From NCBI RefSeq assembly GCF_964188315.1, contig NC_135661.1:27404001-27468000 (forward strand): a stretch of 64,000 nucleotides of DNA, in the 5' to 3' direction. The notes below the pieces were generated by a model. It was given only the letters and a program-made list of their open reading frames with translations, ran no database searches and had not been told where the DNA came from. The DNA comes from Podarcis muralis. Lineage: Eukaryota. The first letter of the stretch is position 1; each line of letters opens with the position of its first letter. The translations under genes were made by a program, and so were the position numbers. This document shows positions 47,590 to 60,265 of this stretch, piece by piece.

Positions 47590-47728
47590 GTGATGCATCT
47601 GGATGTGCTCTCCAGATGTTATCGGACTCCAACTCCCATCAGCCCAAGCCAACAGAACCAATGGTCAGGAATGGTGATGGGAGTTCTAAGCCAGCAACAT
47701 CTGGAGGGTTACAAGTTTCCCTGTCCCT
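47590..47728. mobile_element. Decayed palindromic hAT MITE
   Basis: CTCCAGATGTT…CAACTCCCATCA…TGATGGGAGTT…AACATCTGGAG core. Confidence 0.65.
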
Positions 47729-49394
47729 GGTATTCAGCCTTCCTGAATCTGGAGATGTCAAGTACAGCTGGGAATGCCCTGTCTGAAACCCCTGACAGCC
47801 AGTGTAGACAATCATATTGAGCTATGTGAACCAAAGCAGTATCTTCAGTACAAAGCAGCCTCTTAATTGGATTAACATCCAAAGTGGTTCTGTAGGCAGT
47901 TAAAGGCTTTTAAAAATATTGATGCAAGTTTACATGGATGCTCTGTTATGTTATGGTATAAATATGTTGCTTGAATAAAATAATCAGGGAACAAAGCCCT
48001 CCTTTTGCTGCAGAAGACATTTGGTCAGCACATTTCTAAACAGGAGAAATCAAAGTCCAAGTGTTTGATCACACCTCCAAACGCCCTTCCTTGCTTGGTC
48101 CAACATTCCCCACCAACCTGCCTCCATCAGCCAGGAATCTGAAGCTGGCCAGATGATGTCTGTGTCAGAGCCAAGCTCCTTCCATTTGTGCTTGAGGGCA
48201 AAGAGGGTCATTAATTGAACTCGCCTGAGTCTGAAGCTTCTTAACACTCCTCCTTTTGTGAAAGGAGAGCAAACAAACTCCTGATACTACAAAGCTGTGG
48301 ACTTTCATCCAAGTCTGCAGACTGCCTAATCCACACAAGGAACAATGAGAAGAGAAGGGAGCGGGGAAAAGGAATCTCCCCCCCCCCAAAAAAAACCCCC
48401 CAACCCCAGCTTCCCTGCAGACCCAAAGAGAGTGATGGCATTTTGGGTGGGGGGGGGGGGGACAACACAACAATGCAGATTACTGGCTGCTGCTTCACTC
48501 TGCATCCTGCCAGTCGCATCAAAGGGAGGGGAAAGAATTGATGGCAGAATAAAAAGTCCCTCTTCTAATCCTGTTGTCTGTGGTTAGGGGAGAGATAAAT
48601 TCTAATTAAAAAGGGAAATAATCATTAAAAGATGTATCCACGCTGAACAGCGCAATTAATCAAGGACTTTGTTAATACATATTCATATTTGTTGCCTCAC
48701 TTTTTAGTCAGGAAATTGGATGTAGCACACAGGCACATAGCAGAAAGCTGCCGAGGCAGCGAGTGGACCATGACGGGGGCCACTTGGAATCTCTCCCCGT
48801 TCTCTCCACACTCCTCTCTACTGCCTAGAAACATGCGGAGTCCTTTGCCACAGCTCTCAAGCCTTCTTAAAACTAAGTTCCTGTCAGTGCCGGGGAGAGG
48901 CTGGTGGCCTGCAGAGAATGTGGGCCTAGAAACTGGGGGAATGTTATGGAGGCAACAAGGTTCTCACCACGGAGGCTAGAGGGGATCCCTTAGAAGTCAC
49001 CCTCCCAGAGGAAATTTAGATAAATAACTCAATAGGCACAGGGACCTGAATCTCCATTCCATATACATGATAGAATGTCGGTGCTATGCTAATGAAGAAA
49101 GACTGGATTGTGACATTTCTTTGGACAGGTAGTCTTGCTGTGACTCCTGAACCAGATGACGCTTTGGGTCCCTTCCAACTCTATGATTCTATTATGGCAG
49201 AGACCTAAAGACACATGCAGTTAGGTGTGTGTATCTCAAGCAAGAGAGCCACACTGTGGCAAACCAGATTTTGAAACCAACAAGGCCCCCGTCCAGCCTC
49301 CCACAACCTTGGGAAATGGCAAACCACTAATTTCTACATATGAGTGCAGTGGTCTGATTGTGAATCAAAGTGGTCATCTTGGAGAACCAGTATA

Positions 49395-49616
49395 CAGTGG
49401 TACCTCGGGTTACTGATGCTTCAGGTTACAGACTCCGCTAACTCAGAAATAGTACCTCGGGTTAAGAACTTTGCTTCAGGATGAGAACAGAAATCGTGCG
49501 GTGGTGGCACGGCAGCAGCGGGAGGCCCCATTAGCTAAAGTGGTACTTCAGCTTAAGAACAGTTTCAGGTTAAGAACGGACCTCCAGAATTAAGTTCTTA
49601 ACCCAAGGTACCACTG
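49395..49616 (+). mobile_element. Tc1/mariner MITE
   Basis: TIRs with TA at 49393-94 and 49617-18. Confidence 0.92.
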
Positions 49617-49687
49617 TACAAGAGTGGTGGACTCTGGTTCAGTTCTAAAGCTCATCATGCAACATTGTGTGAGTCGTTAGCCTACAC

Positions 49688-50012
49688 CAGGGGTAGGCAA
49701 CCTAAGGCCCGGGGGCCGGATGTGGCCCAATTGTCTTCTCAATCCGGCCCACGGATGGTCCAGGAATCAGTGTGTTTTTACATGAGTAGAATGTGTGCTT
49801 TTATTTAAAATGCATCTCTGGGTTATTTGTTGGGCCTGCCTGGTGTTTTTACATGAGTAGAATGTGTGCTTTTATTTAAAATGCATCTCTGGGTTATTTG
49901 TAGGGCATAGGAATTCGTTCACCCCCCCCCCAAAAAAAAATATAGTCCGGCCCACCACATGGTCTGAGGGACGGTGGACCGGCCCACTGCTGAAAAAGGT
50001 TGCTGACCCCTG
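49688..50012 (+). mobile_element. hAT-Charlie-type MITE with internal 59-bp direct repeat
   Basis: TIRs CAGGGGTAGGCAACCT/AGGTTGCTGACCCCTG; exact TSD GCCTACAC; inserted in a MIR-like remnant. Confidence 0.9.
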
Positions 50013-50176
50013 GCCTACACTACCTCACAAGGTTGTTGTTGTGGGGACCTCGCACACTTCTTTGAGGGAGCGGCAGGTTTAAAACCCAACTCAAAGTTAA
50101 TCCCCGGTTTTGAAGAGAGCTTAGACAAACTTGCCACTAACATAAACAGTATATGGAAACTGTGCAGCAGCAGCAG

Positions 50177-50335
50177 CAGTCTGCCTTTGAATACCAATTG
50201 TTGGTTGTTTTGGGAAAACAAGAAGGATGGGTGCAATCATCCTCTGCTTGTGGGCTTCCAGAAACCAACTGGTTGACCACTCCATGGAGCAGGATGCTGG
50301 ACTAGATAGACCCTTGGTCTGATCCAGCCAGTTCC
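50177..50335 (+). mobile_element. Old CR1 3' UTR fragment
   Basis: CTGCTTGTGGGCTTCCAG…GGATGCTGGACTAGATAGACCCTTGGTCTGATCCAGC. Confidence 0.65.
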
Positions 50336-50364
50336 TCTGATATTTTATTTGGTTTATGGCGTGT

Positions 50365-50547
50365 ATGGTGGCGTGTATGGTTCTCCCCTTCCTCATTTAG
50401 TCCCCACAACAACCCTGTGAGGAAGGTCAGGATGAGAGAGGCAGTGACCGGTTCTAGGTCACCCAGGGAGTTTCATGGCTGAGTGGGAATTTGAACCCTG
50501 GCTTCCCAGGTCCTAATCCAACACTCTAACCACTGCACCACACTGTC
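50365..50547 (-). mobile_element. Old MIR/Squam3A-like SINE
   Basis: CACAACAACCCTGTGAGG…GGTCACCCAG…TTTGAACCCTGG…CTCTAACCACTGCACCACACTG. Confidence 0.75.
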
Positions 50548-51555
50548 TTTCTGCTATTTTGTTCTTATGTCACGTAATTCTCTCTCCCACTGCCCATCTG
50601 CATTGTATTGAGATGCTGAATTATAGTGCAAAGAAGCTACCTTAAAAAAAATAAAATACTGTTGCATTTGAAGCGGTTGCGATGCACACCAGAAAGGGCG
50701 CTTTCACAAGTTGCATCATCACAGGGATTCATTAGGAAGTACGACTCAGCTCGGCCTCCCGGGGGCCTCTGCAAAAACAGAACAGAATGAGCCCCGCAGC
50801 AAGAACACTAGACCGAAAGGCATCCCACCAGTGTGGCTGGAACGGCGTTTGCTGCCCTGACAGGCAATATCCATCACTGCCAAGGCAAAAGGAATAATTA
50901 AGTCCAAGAGGAGTCGGGTAATTAGCAGCTGATGGGGAAACTCGGCAATAACTCTGATGGTGCTCGCATCACAACCTGGATATGACCACAACCAGCCTCC
51001 GACAGACAGAACAAATGGGATCCTTAGGACCTTTGTGGTGGAAATAAAAGTCAGGCAGGGTACTTCTCCCAGGTCCAAAACCTGGGACCTTCTGTTTGCA
51101 AAGAAGATGCTCAGCTATGGCTTTTGCTTCTTATATCTTGGGGAGAAAGGAACGCCAAGACTCAGTGTGTCTGCCTGTATTGCAACCTGTCAGGGTTCAG
51201 CCTAACAGGCTCAACCCTTACAGGAACAGCAGATCGCCCCACTGCCAGAGCTGCTGGATCTGGGGTCCCTGGCTCTGGACATCTCCAAAGTGGCTGTCTG
51301 GACTCCTAGATGGGTATTGGGCCCTCCCTCATCTCTGCCAAGGCCACAGGAGCAGAAAAATTGCTGAGCCAGGCAGGAGCATCATGGTTGCCCTGAGAAG
51401 AGACCCCCGTGTGAGGTTATTTGGAAGGAGGGAGCAGTGCAGGAAGTCAATTGCCCGGATCAGGGCCTGGCTGACAGCCAGGAAGGTCTGGAGCCTCTAA
51501 CTCCTGTTTAAGCTCTCAGCTTGAGCTGCTTTGCTGTACCACAAATCCCTAATAA

Positions 51556-51686
51556 CAGAATCATGGAATTGTAGAGTTGGAAGGGACCACGAGGGTCATC
51601 TAGTCCAACCCCCTGCAATGCAGGAATATTTTGCCCAGTGTGGGGCTCGAACGCAGGACTCTGAATTAAGAGCCTCATGCTTTACC
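51556..51686 (-). mobile_element. tRNA-Lys-derived SINE with CR1-type tail
   Basis: Minus strand GGTAAAGCATGAGGCTCTTAATTCAGAGTCCTGCGTTCGAGCCCCACACTGGGC resembles tRNA-Lys(CTT), followed by the CR1 tail. Confidence 0.75.
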
Positions 51687-52485
51687 AAGGCAAATGATCC
51701 ATGAAAAGCTTTATAGAGTTGTAGAGTTGGAAGGGTCATTTAGTACAATCCCTGCAATACAGGAATCACAACGTACCTGCAGGTAAACATGGGCACACCC
51801 CATATTTCCCTGCAGGTGCATTGCTATAGCTGCAGGTCCCAGAAGGCGAATGGGACAGGTTAGGCCAGAGCTGCTCAGTTGCTGACTCCTGGGGTTAGCC
51901 GCCAAGGACAATGTACTGCTAAGCTTTGGGAGAGTGAAACTGACTTAAACCAGAGGCAAAATAGGATAAGATGTCAAAGCAGGACAGGGAGACCTGTCTG
52001 AAAGAGATTCAAAACCAATATTCACAAAACCACCAGATTCACACCACACATTGTGAAACTCCTCTGCATCAGATGGCTTTGCTCTGTTGGCCTCTCTCGG
52101 TTGTTTTGGAAGACATCGGATCTGATCTCTCCTGAGCTGCCAGGAGGCAAACACGGCTGAACGCTAAGGACCTCTGTATCCCATCGACCAAACGCCAGCG
52201 AACAGGAACGTGGAGGCAAAGGAAGTGGCCTTGATCCAAATTAGCTAATGGGTCTGCCTAGCTCAGTATGGTTGACACTGGCTGGCAGTGGTATTCCAGG
52301 GGTTCAGGTCGGGGTGGGGATTGAGCCTGGGGCATTCTGCATGTAACACAAGTGCTGTCCTGCTGAGCTACGATGGCGTGACTATATGCTGACTGTCAGA
52401 TGCTGAACTCTGCAGCAGGTCAGGATTGCATGCTAGTAAAAGCTGAAAACCAATGTGAAGGTCAAATATATCTAGCTATGGCTAT

Positions 52486-52835
52486 AAAGGTAAAGGGACC
52501 CCTGACCATTAGGTCCAGTCGTGGACGACTCTGGGGTTGCGGCGCTCATCTCGCTTTATCGGCTGAGGAAGCCGGAGTACAGCTTCCGGGTCATGTGGCC
52601 AGCATGACTAAGCCACTTCTGGCGAACCAGAGCAGCACACGGAAATGCCGTTTACCTTCCCGCCGGAGCGGTACCTATTTATCTACTTGCACTTTGATGT
52701 GCTTTCGAACTGCTAGGTTGGCAGGAGCAGGGACCGCGCAATGGGAGCTCACCCCGTTTCAGGGATTCGAAACACTGACCTTCTAATTGGCAAGCCCTAG
52801 GCTCTGTGGTTTAACCCACAGCGCCACCCGCATCT
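52486..52835 (-). mobile_element. Full-length Sauria SINE
   Basis: Complete head-to-tail match to 42757-43115. Confidence 0.93.
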
Positions 52836-53831
52836 CTATATATATCCTTATACATCCCTATAGCATCTCTCTCTATATCCCTATAGCTATATTTTGGATT
52901 GTCAAAAACAGGACGAGATAACCTCTCCCTTCTGGCTGGGACTGACGGGATTTGTAGTGCAGAATATCTTGAGGGCACCAGGTTGAGGAAGCCTTCCTTA
53001 TCCTACCTGACCCGGAGTGGGGCCCGTTACCTGCCTCAGAGACCCACTGCACAGAATTGGCCAGGTACCCATCGCTTAGGGCTTCAGCAACCCACTGGCA
53101 CAGTCACAGTTCATTACCGCAAGTTTATATCTGATTCCCACCCTGCCTCTGCTTTTTTTTTTCCTTTTCTTGCTGCCGATATGATGAAAACCTTCTAGTA
53201 AAATCTTCATTAACTCCTGTCACAGCTCAGCTCCAACATTATTTTTCCTTATATTAGGATTTCCAGCTCGACTCTGATGTATTTTTTTTTATTGTCAGGC
53301 TAGGAGGAAAACACTTGTCTAATTTGCAACATCCCCATTATATGCCTTTTATAACGGTTGCTAAAGGAGAATAAATATGAAATAGTTCTCTGCATCGCAG
53401 CCGTATTTCCATATGACTTTAATGCTCGGGATGATTTCTCTCCCTTCCCTCCTTCTGCTTGCAATTCTCCTAACCTTGTGACGACAGTCAAGACGTTGCC
53501 ATACCTGGGAGGGCAAATGCGCCTCTGGCCAGGTGATGGGACAAGCCGCAAGGGATGTCAGGAGATGGATTAGAGGTGCAGCTGCTGGAGGGTCCTAACC
53601 TTGCCAGCGTCACTTTTCTTGCACACAAACAACTGTCAGAAACCTAAGAAGCAGGGTGGTACGGGTACAGGTGGTCCAACATTTGGGGCTACTCAATACA
53701 TTGCCTTGGGAACATCTTAAAAGATGGGGTGGGAACCCCTAAAACAAACAGGCACATTGCCAAGGGGAAAGTGCTTGGCCCAGCTTGCTTGCTGACATGC
53801 ATGCTTCCCAAGTGAAGTGAAGTTTGCTACA

Positions 53832-53943
53832 CAGAGTTATTGGACTGTAGAGTTGGAAGGGACCCCAAAGGCCATCCAGTCTAACCCCCTGCAAAGCAGG
53901 AATCACAGCTAAAGAATCCCTGGGGTGCTGTCCCACCAACCTC
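53832..53943 (-). mobile_element. CR1 3' end fragment
   Basis: TGTAGAGTTGGAAGGGACCCCAAAGGCCATCCAGTCTAACCCCCTGCAAAGCAGGAATCACAGCTAAAGAATCCCTG. Confidence 0.8.
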
Positions 53944-53997
53944 AGCCAGCCCTCACTTGCTTGCCTTCTCACTTAAAACCAGTCCAACTGCCTTCCA

Positions 53998-54057
<60 letters not shown>

Positions 54058-54262
54058 GCGCCCATCTGGCTGGGTTTCCCCAGCCACTCTGGGCAGCTCC
54101 CAACAGATTAAAAACAGAATAAAACATCAAACATTAAAAACTTCCCTAAACAGGGCTGCCTTCAGATGTCTTCTAAAAGTCAGATAGTTGTTTATTTCCT
54201 TGACATCTGATGGGAGGGCGTTCCACACGGCGGGTGCCACCACCGAGCAGGCCCTCTGCCTG
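53998..54262 (-). mobile_element. L2 3' end with (TAA)n tail
   Basis: (ATT)n at 53998-54055 followed by GCCCATCTGGCTGGGTTTCCCCAGCCACTCTGGG…GGGAGGGCGTTCCAC. Confidence 0.9.
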
Positions 54263-54719
54263 CTTCCTCCTCATTCACAAGTTTCAGTCTTGCCCTTTCT
54301 GGAGCTCAGCAGGGAGGAGGATGGGCGCAAAAGGAGCAAGGGTAGGCTCTGTCTGTCATTGGATCCTGCTCCATCTGTTGTTTGGGCTCCTTGCCTTCTG
54401 TCCTACAAGCCACAATGGGTACCAGCCTCCACTATACACAGAAGAATCATTAAACCGCAATGACCCATCGAGCAGAGTGGAAGGGTTCAAATTCCCACAA
54501 AATTTCAAATTTCACAATTTGAAAGTGTCGCTGAGGCCAGACCTCCAAGACTTGACATTTGGGTTTCAAAGCTGGAATCTGGCATGAAACTAAAGATTTA
54601 ACCATTTGGGTTTTCAGATTATTTTGAGGTTCGAGATCAGGGAGCAAATGGAATGAATGAGCAACCTCCCCCCACCCCACCCCCATATTAAATGCTGCAG
54701 AAAGTCAGCTGACTTGGGG

Positions 54720-54910
54720 GCTGTCACATACGTTGAGGCTGCTGCTGTTGCCTAATGTGAAATATCGTCACAGGTTGACATGCGACATGTCAGATGCTGT
54801 CAAAGTCTGGCTGCGATTGCATATCAGCTGTCAAATGCTATCAGATACCAACTGGCAAGTCACATCAGCAGTGAAATATTGACACTAAATATCATTGGAT
54901 GTCAAATGCT
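54720..54910. promoter_or_regulatory. Homotypic TGACA/TGTCA motif cluster (MEIS/PREP/TGIF-type core)
   Basis: Seven exact pentamers at 54722, 54776, 54788, 54798, 54829, 54880 and 54900. Confidence 0.4.
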
Positions 54911-55611
54911 GACTTGGAATATTCGGGGCTGACTCAAAACGTTTTGCTGCCTTGAGGTGAAGGACAAGATCCATCCCCTCCCAGCAGTTTTACATAGAGA
55001 AGTTGACTAGGCTGGGAGCTGAATCTTACCAGCTTTGGTGACAGGGCAGAAGAGGAGCTTGAGGCCTGGACATGTGTGATACTCAGCGCTTCCTTCCACT
55101 GCCGCCCTTCAGCACCTGCCGCCTGAGGCAGCCACCTCACTCTGCCTAATGCAAGGGCCGGCCCTGAGCGTATCGAGTACCAGCCAAATATTTGCACATC
55201 TAGAGAACATATGGGAGTAACTTTCTTTCAGCTCTGGCTGTTGAGTCCAATGGGGCTCCCCTACCCTCTGGGATAAGAATATATAGGATGGCAACCATGG
55301 TATACTTCTAGCACAGCATCATGATGAAGATCCAGAAGCCACATGGAGACTTGACTGCCAATCTCTCTGCTGATCGCTACTAAGTCAAGTGGCAGAGGTG
55401 GTGCAGAAATGGGTCATACTTTACGTTCCCCATGGGTACCTTTTTTTCTTTGCAATGATGATATTGGGGATTGAACAGGGTCTTCTTCATTACCTGGCTC
55501 CTCCTATGGCCCCTGAAGGTGGATCTTGGAAGATGCTGTGTGAAAGTATGCATAAATCAAGATGTGCTCTCCTCCAGGGCTGGGTGGGACTTTGCTGGAC
55601 ACACATTGCAC

Positions 55612-55759
55612 TGGAAAGTGGTGGGCCCTCCTTCATTTCAGGTTTTTAAGCAAAGGTTGGATAAACATCTGCCAGGGATTCTTTGCTTGTGATTCCTGCA
55701 TTGCAGGGAGTTGGGGTAGATGACTTCTGGGGTCCCTTCCAACTCTACGATTCTAGGAT
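55612..55759 (+). mobile_element. CR1 3' end
   Basis: GGTTTTTAAGCAAAGGTTGGATAAACATCTGCCAGGGATTCTT…GGTCCCTTCCAACTCTACGATTCT. Confidence 0.8.
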
Positions 55760-56464
55760 CCCATTGCTTCTTTCCCTGCCTACTAACACCAGGTGGGCCC
55801 CTGGTCCTTTCAGGCCAGCTCAGGGAGAGTCCTGCCCCTTCTTCCAGAGGCCTCAGCACCATAGATCACATGTGGGGATGAAAGAAATTTAGAAGAATAT
55901 TTTCTGGCCTAAAGCAAAATAGGAAGGACTCTTCTCCCAGCACCTTCAAAGAAGGCACAGTTCCTACTGCCCGCTCCTAACAGACAGTCCTAGCTTTAGA
56001 AGATGCAGTTTCTGTCCTATTATAATGTCCTCTCTCCTTTTGTGGTACAGAGAGCCTTGCTCAAAAAGGGACTTCTCCGAAATGCATCGTAAACTTCCAC
56101 ACCTGGTGTTTTGTTTGCTTCTCTCTGGCTCTTTTCCTATGGCTGCTTTTTCATCCTCCCCATTGTTAGCCCATGATGCATTTTGTCCTCTGACGGAAAG
56201 GAATGGAAAGAAAAGAAAAGAAAATGGAACGTTTCCAACTTTGCTGTGAGCCAATTCATTTGATGGCCCTTAGTTTCATCCTACTCCTCGATTATCTTTA
56301 AAGATAAGAAGTCATTACACTTTGGAGAATTAATAATTATCAGCATTCAAAGCCTTCCCTGGGCATGATCAATTTAAACTCCTGAGTGGGAGGGAGGGGC
56401 TGTTGTGGAGAAGGCAGGAGAGAGGGGCTGAGCCCCTTTGGATATTGTACATAGGCCATGCATG

Positions 56465-56467
<3 letters not shown>

Positions 56468-56497
<30 letters not shown>
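56468..56497. repeat. (CA)n microsatellite
   Basis: Direct reading. Confidence 0.9.
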
Positions 56498-56500
<3 letters not shown>

Positions 56501-56989
56501 TACACAAACACACCAGCTCTCACTTTTACACGGTTCCAACTATTAAGGTTCCTCCTTGCATCACGTCAGTTTAGGGTTTGGAGAAAGGCTTAAAACTGCT
56601 TTGCAGAGGTCAAGGTAGAGGCGACAGAGTAGAATGATGTTGGCAAAAGCTGGGGAGAGAATCCAACCCCCTTAAGCTGTTCTTCACTTAGTGCCCATAA
56701 GTAATTCCCTTCTGAGAAAAACTGGCTAAAAATCAAAAATCAAAGTATAGTTAAGTTGGCAAGGTGGGTCGTTCAGCTCCCCCTCTTTGGCCTACCCAGG
56801 CTGCACCTCAGTCCTCTCTGCCCTCCTTTAGAAGCAGTTGATGGCCCCGGATCAGGTCCTTCCTGCCGCCACGTCTCGTAGCCCACCACTAAGTGTGCTC
56901 CAAACATGGAGAGGTCTGACCTTCAAGCGTCCTCTGGACAACTCCCTGCTTGTTATGCTATTTATACAGCTAAAAGCAAATTATTGTGT

Positions 56990-57490
56990 ATGCCTGTATT
57001 AAATCTTCCTGTTCCAATTTAAAAGCCTCCCAGCCTCCTGCTATAGCTCACCGGCCCTTGGCAGCCGTGACAGTAAGTAAGCCTTTAAGAAAGGCTTTTC
57101 TGGACAGGCCTCGGCGAAAATACCAAGTTTACATTGCCCACAATCAACCAATAAATTTTTCATGCCTCCCCAAAACCCAAACGGGGGCCCGTTCGTCTCT
57201 TCTGATTAGTCTGGAGAAATTTACCAAAGTTCAAAACGAGCCCATGGAGCTCAGCTTTCTTGACATTCAATAAGCAGAGAAAAAGGTCGACATTTACTTG
57301 TATTAATTTTTTATCAAAGCTGAAAAGCTCATTTTCATGGGAGATAATAAATGCTTTCCGAGAGCTGCTCTCGTAAGATATACGGCGCCGGTCAATTCCA
57401 CCACATGAAAAATGGCAAGGCTTGGGAGCCCTTCTCCCTTGTCTTCTGCTCCGACCTTATCTCAAAAATCCCGTAAATTACAGCTGCTTT
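56990..57490. promoter_or_regulatory. Putative long conserved non-coding element
   Basis: About 500 bp repeat-free with retained CpGs, forkhead-like GTTTACA, CCAATAAA (posterior HOX/CDX), TGACAG and TATTAATT; conservation untested. Confidence 0.4.
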
Positions 57491-57660
57491 GTTTCATCAG
57501 GAACTGTTGGAGTTTGAGGCTCAGAGGAGACTGCTGAGCAAGGGAAAAGAATCTTGCGGAGGGAGAAGTAGCAGATATACCTTGAGTTCTTATCCCAGGT
57601 GGGGAAGGCTTAGGAAAGGGGAGCCCCTCCATCCCCAGTAACTTATTTATCTATCTAAAC

Positions 57661-57796
57661 AAGTCCTTCTCAACCTCGGATCCCCAGGTGTTGTTGGACT
57701 ACAACTCCTATCATCCTTCACTAGCAGAACCAGTGGTCAGGGATGATGGGAGTTGCAATCCAACAACATCTGGGGACCCAAGGTTGAGAAAGGCCG
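57661..57796. mobile_element. 136-bp palindromic hAT MITE
   Basis: TIR (A)AGTCCTTCTCAACCT/AGGTTGAGAAAGGCCG; exact TSD ATCTAAAC at 57653-60 and 57797-804. Confidence 0.88.
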
Positions 57797-57936
57797 ATCT
57801 AAACAGGGCACACCCCACTTTTCAAACCCACTAGCAACACTGCCACCAAAAGAATCAAAATTACATTAACTCATAATTCCAGTTATCAGTAGCAGGGTAA
57901 TTCTTTTATTAGGTTCACCAAAGTGGCACAAAACAG

Positions 57937-58120
57937 TGGAAGCTACCTTATACTGAGCCAGACCATTATCATTAGTGTTGCCTACACTGGCTGGCAGCAG
58001 CTCTCCAGAGTTTCAAGCAGGTGTCTCTCCCAGCCCAACCTGGAGATGCCACTAGGGTTTGAACCTGGGACCTTCTACATGCAAGGCAGATGCTCTGCCA
58101 CTGAGACAAGATGGCCCCTC
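57937..58120 (-). mobile_element. tRNA-Ala-derived SINE (Squam2-like)
   Basis: Same family as 26396-26576. Confidence 0.75.
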
Positions 58121-59340
58121 CCCAAGCACTCTGAAATGTGCAAGCTTTAGAGTTCCCCAGCTAGATGGTAAAACACAGGCAGAGGGCCCGGGAGTAGCAT
58201 AGAGAAAAAGATTGGCTGCTGCTAAACACTGCATCTGGAGAGGCTGTAAAAGGAGTTGACAGACCCTGGGTTACACCCAATGCTGTTCCTATCAAGAGCA
58301 GTCCCACTGAAGAAAAAGGAGCACCACTGGCTTAGGTTTCATGAATTTCAGTGACTCTTCTCTGAGGAGGGGATGTATCCGGGGAGACGGGGGCATTTGT
58401 CAGGCCCCCAGCTGGCTCCAGCCCTCTGGCCGGCAGCCGGGCAAACTCCGGTTCTCGGAACAGTATCAAAAACTGCAACTCAGGCCTCAGAAACCTTTAG
58501 AGACTGAGCATGCAAGCCAGCAGAGATAAGAACTCTTTGCAACGGAAGCAGCGGACAGAGGCATATGTAAGCATATTTACAGGGATTTATTCAGCATCAG
58601 GACAAAGGAAAACATGTCTGCTTCCCTTCGTGTCCAAGCAAACAGCAGCATAGGCAAAAGCTATATACAACGGAAGTTCCCAGCAGACTGTGCTGGAAGT
58701 AAACAGACATGTGACATACAACAACTCCACATGCCTGTTCTAAAGGTGGAATGGAACTGTACCCTAACACTTGGGTACCACCCAATCCAATGGAGCTCTC
58801 TGTGAGACACCATGCAGGGCTTCAGTGGTAGCAAGACCTGCTGGGAAGGAGAAACAGGTTGCTCAGGTCTGTCTCCATCCTTGGTGGGTTCCTTGGTGGG
58901 TGGGAAGCAGAAGTCAAGAGAGGCTAGGAGGCGGTTTTTATATTAACAAAGGTGAAAATTGATCTTCTAGTTGTAGACTTAGGTGGCTCCAGCATCAGCT
59001 GTTTCTCCCCTCGCACTCGACAACCCTTTGTTTACCTGGTTCTGGAAAACTCAAATGTTTGCACGCAATTTAATGCAGATTTTCGATTTTTTTCTCCCCT
59101 TATGTGGCTGGAACGGCTACCATTGCTTTTTCTGAAAATGCCTGGGACATCAAGGATTGTTCAAGTGCATTGGTGGCTGGATCCAGAGGCCCCAGCCCTA
59201 AACCTCATGTGCAGGATGACAATATGTTCTTCCTCTCTGCGCCTTTATTACTCCTCTAGTTTACTCTGCCTTCCCACATGTTCAGTGCTGAAGTATTGCA
59301 AAACACACACCAACGCACTACTCTTTAAAATAAAATATTA

Positions 59341-59500
59341 ACCAGGGTTCAAGTTTGAATTTGGCTTTGAATTTCTCTGCAGTGAAGACCAGTCACTGCC
59401 TCTCTGCTTAACCTACCTCACAGGTTTGGTGTGGAGATTAAAAGAGGAGGAAGAACCATGTACACCATCTTAGGTTCCCTGGAGAAGAAAGGTGGTAGAA
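59341..59500 (+). mobile_element. Old MIR/Squam3A-like SINE
   Basis: CTTAACCTACCTCACAGG…GAACCATGTACACCA…GAAAGGTGG. Confidence 0.65.
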
Positions 59501-59879
59501 TTATATATATATATATATAATATTAATGTTATTGTGCACAGGAGCACACAGAGATTTCTTTTCTTTTGCCTTGTTTAATTCAAGGTGCACTCACATTTTG
59601 GGGGTGTTCGGTTGCAGAGCAGAGATAAGAAGGCAATGAAGAAACTAAAAGCTGCTGCAAACTCCACAGGCAGAAGAAGTTCTCCTGTACAAAATCCAGG
59701 TAGGGGAAACACAATTCCTAATCTGCCGGTTCCACCTTGTAAACAGCATCATTTAGCCACCTGCCCCCACCAAATACAGGGGAGGAATGTGGATGATGAG
59801 GCAGGGGGAGTCAGAAACATCCAGTCAGCCCAGGGCATTTTGCTGCCTGAGACATTTTCAATCCCTCTCAGGGATGGAG

Positions 59880-60265
59880 AGGAAATTCAATTAAGTTCAC
59901 ATTTCAAAGGAGAACAGGCCAAATCTGCACTTTCTGAAACAAGATGCAAAACTGAAAAACAACCACCCGTCAAAATTCGCACTTCTCCCAACTTTTGCAA
60001 TGCAGTTATCCTTGCCCCCTCCAAGTAAAGTGTGCAAAAAAAATGCATCACTAGGAGAAAGAATGCTTAAGTATGCATATATTAGCAAAAACAACATTCA
60101 AAGATATATTATTATATGGGGGGACTTTTAAAAAAAATATATGTATGTTATGCAAAACTGCACGCAAAATATGTCTTTATTGGGGGAAAATTTGCACAAG
60201 GCTTTTCTTTGAAAAATAAATAAATTGAAAATTCCTGCAGAAATATGGAGAAGTGGATTTAAGAT
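59880..60265 (-). repeat. Old unclassified AT-rich interspersed repeat
   Basis: Related to 31290-31510 in the opposite orientation. Confidence 0.4.

Noticed and set aside
49772-49901. CRISPR-like repeat-spacer
   Set aside because: Only two units, inside a eukaryotic DNA transposon, with no cas genes
52836-52892. ATCCCTATAG duplications beside a Sauria SINE 5' end
   Set aside because: Most simply local slippage in a TA-rich target; no independent support for function
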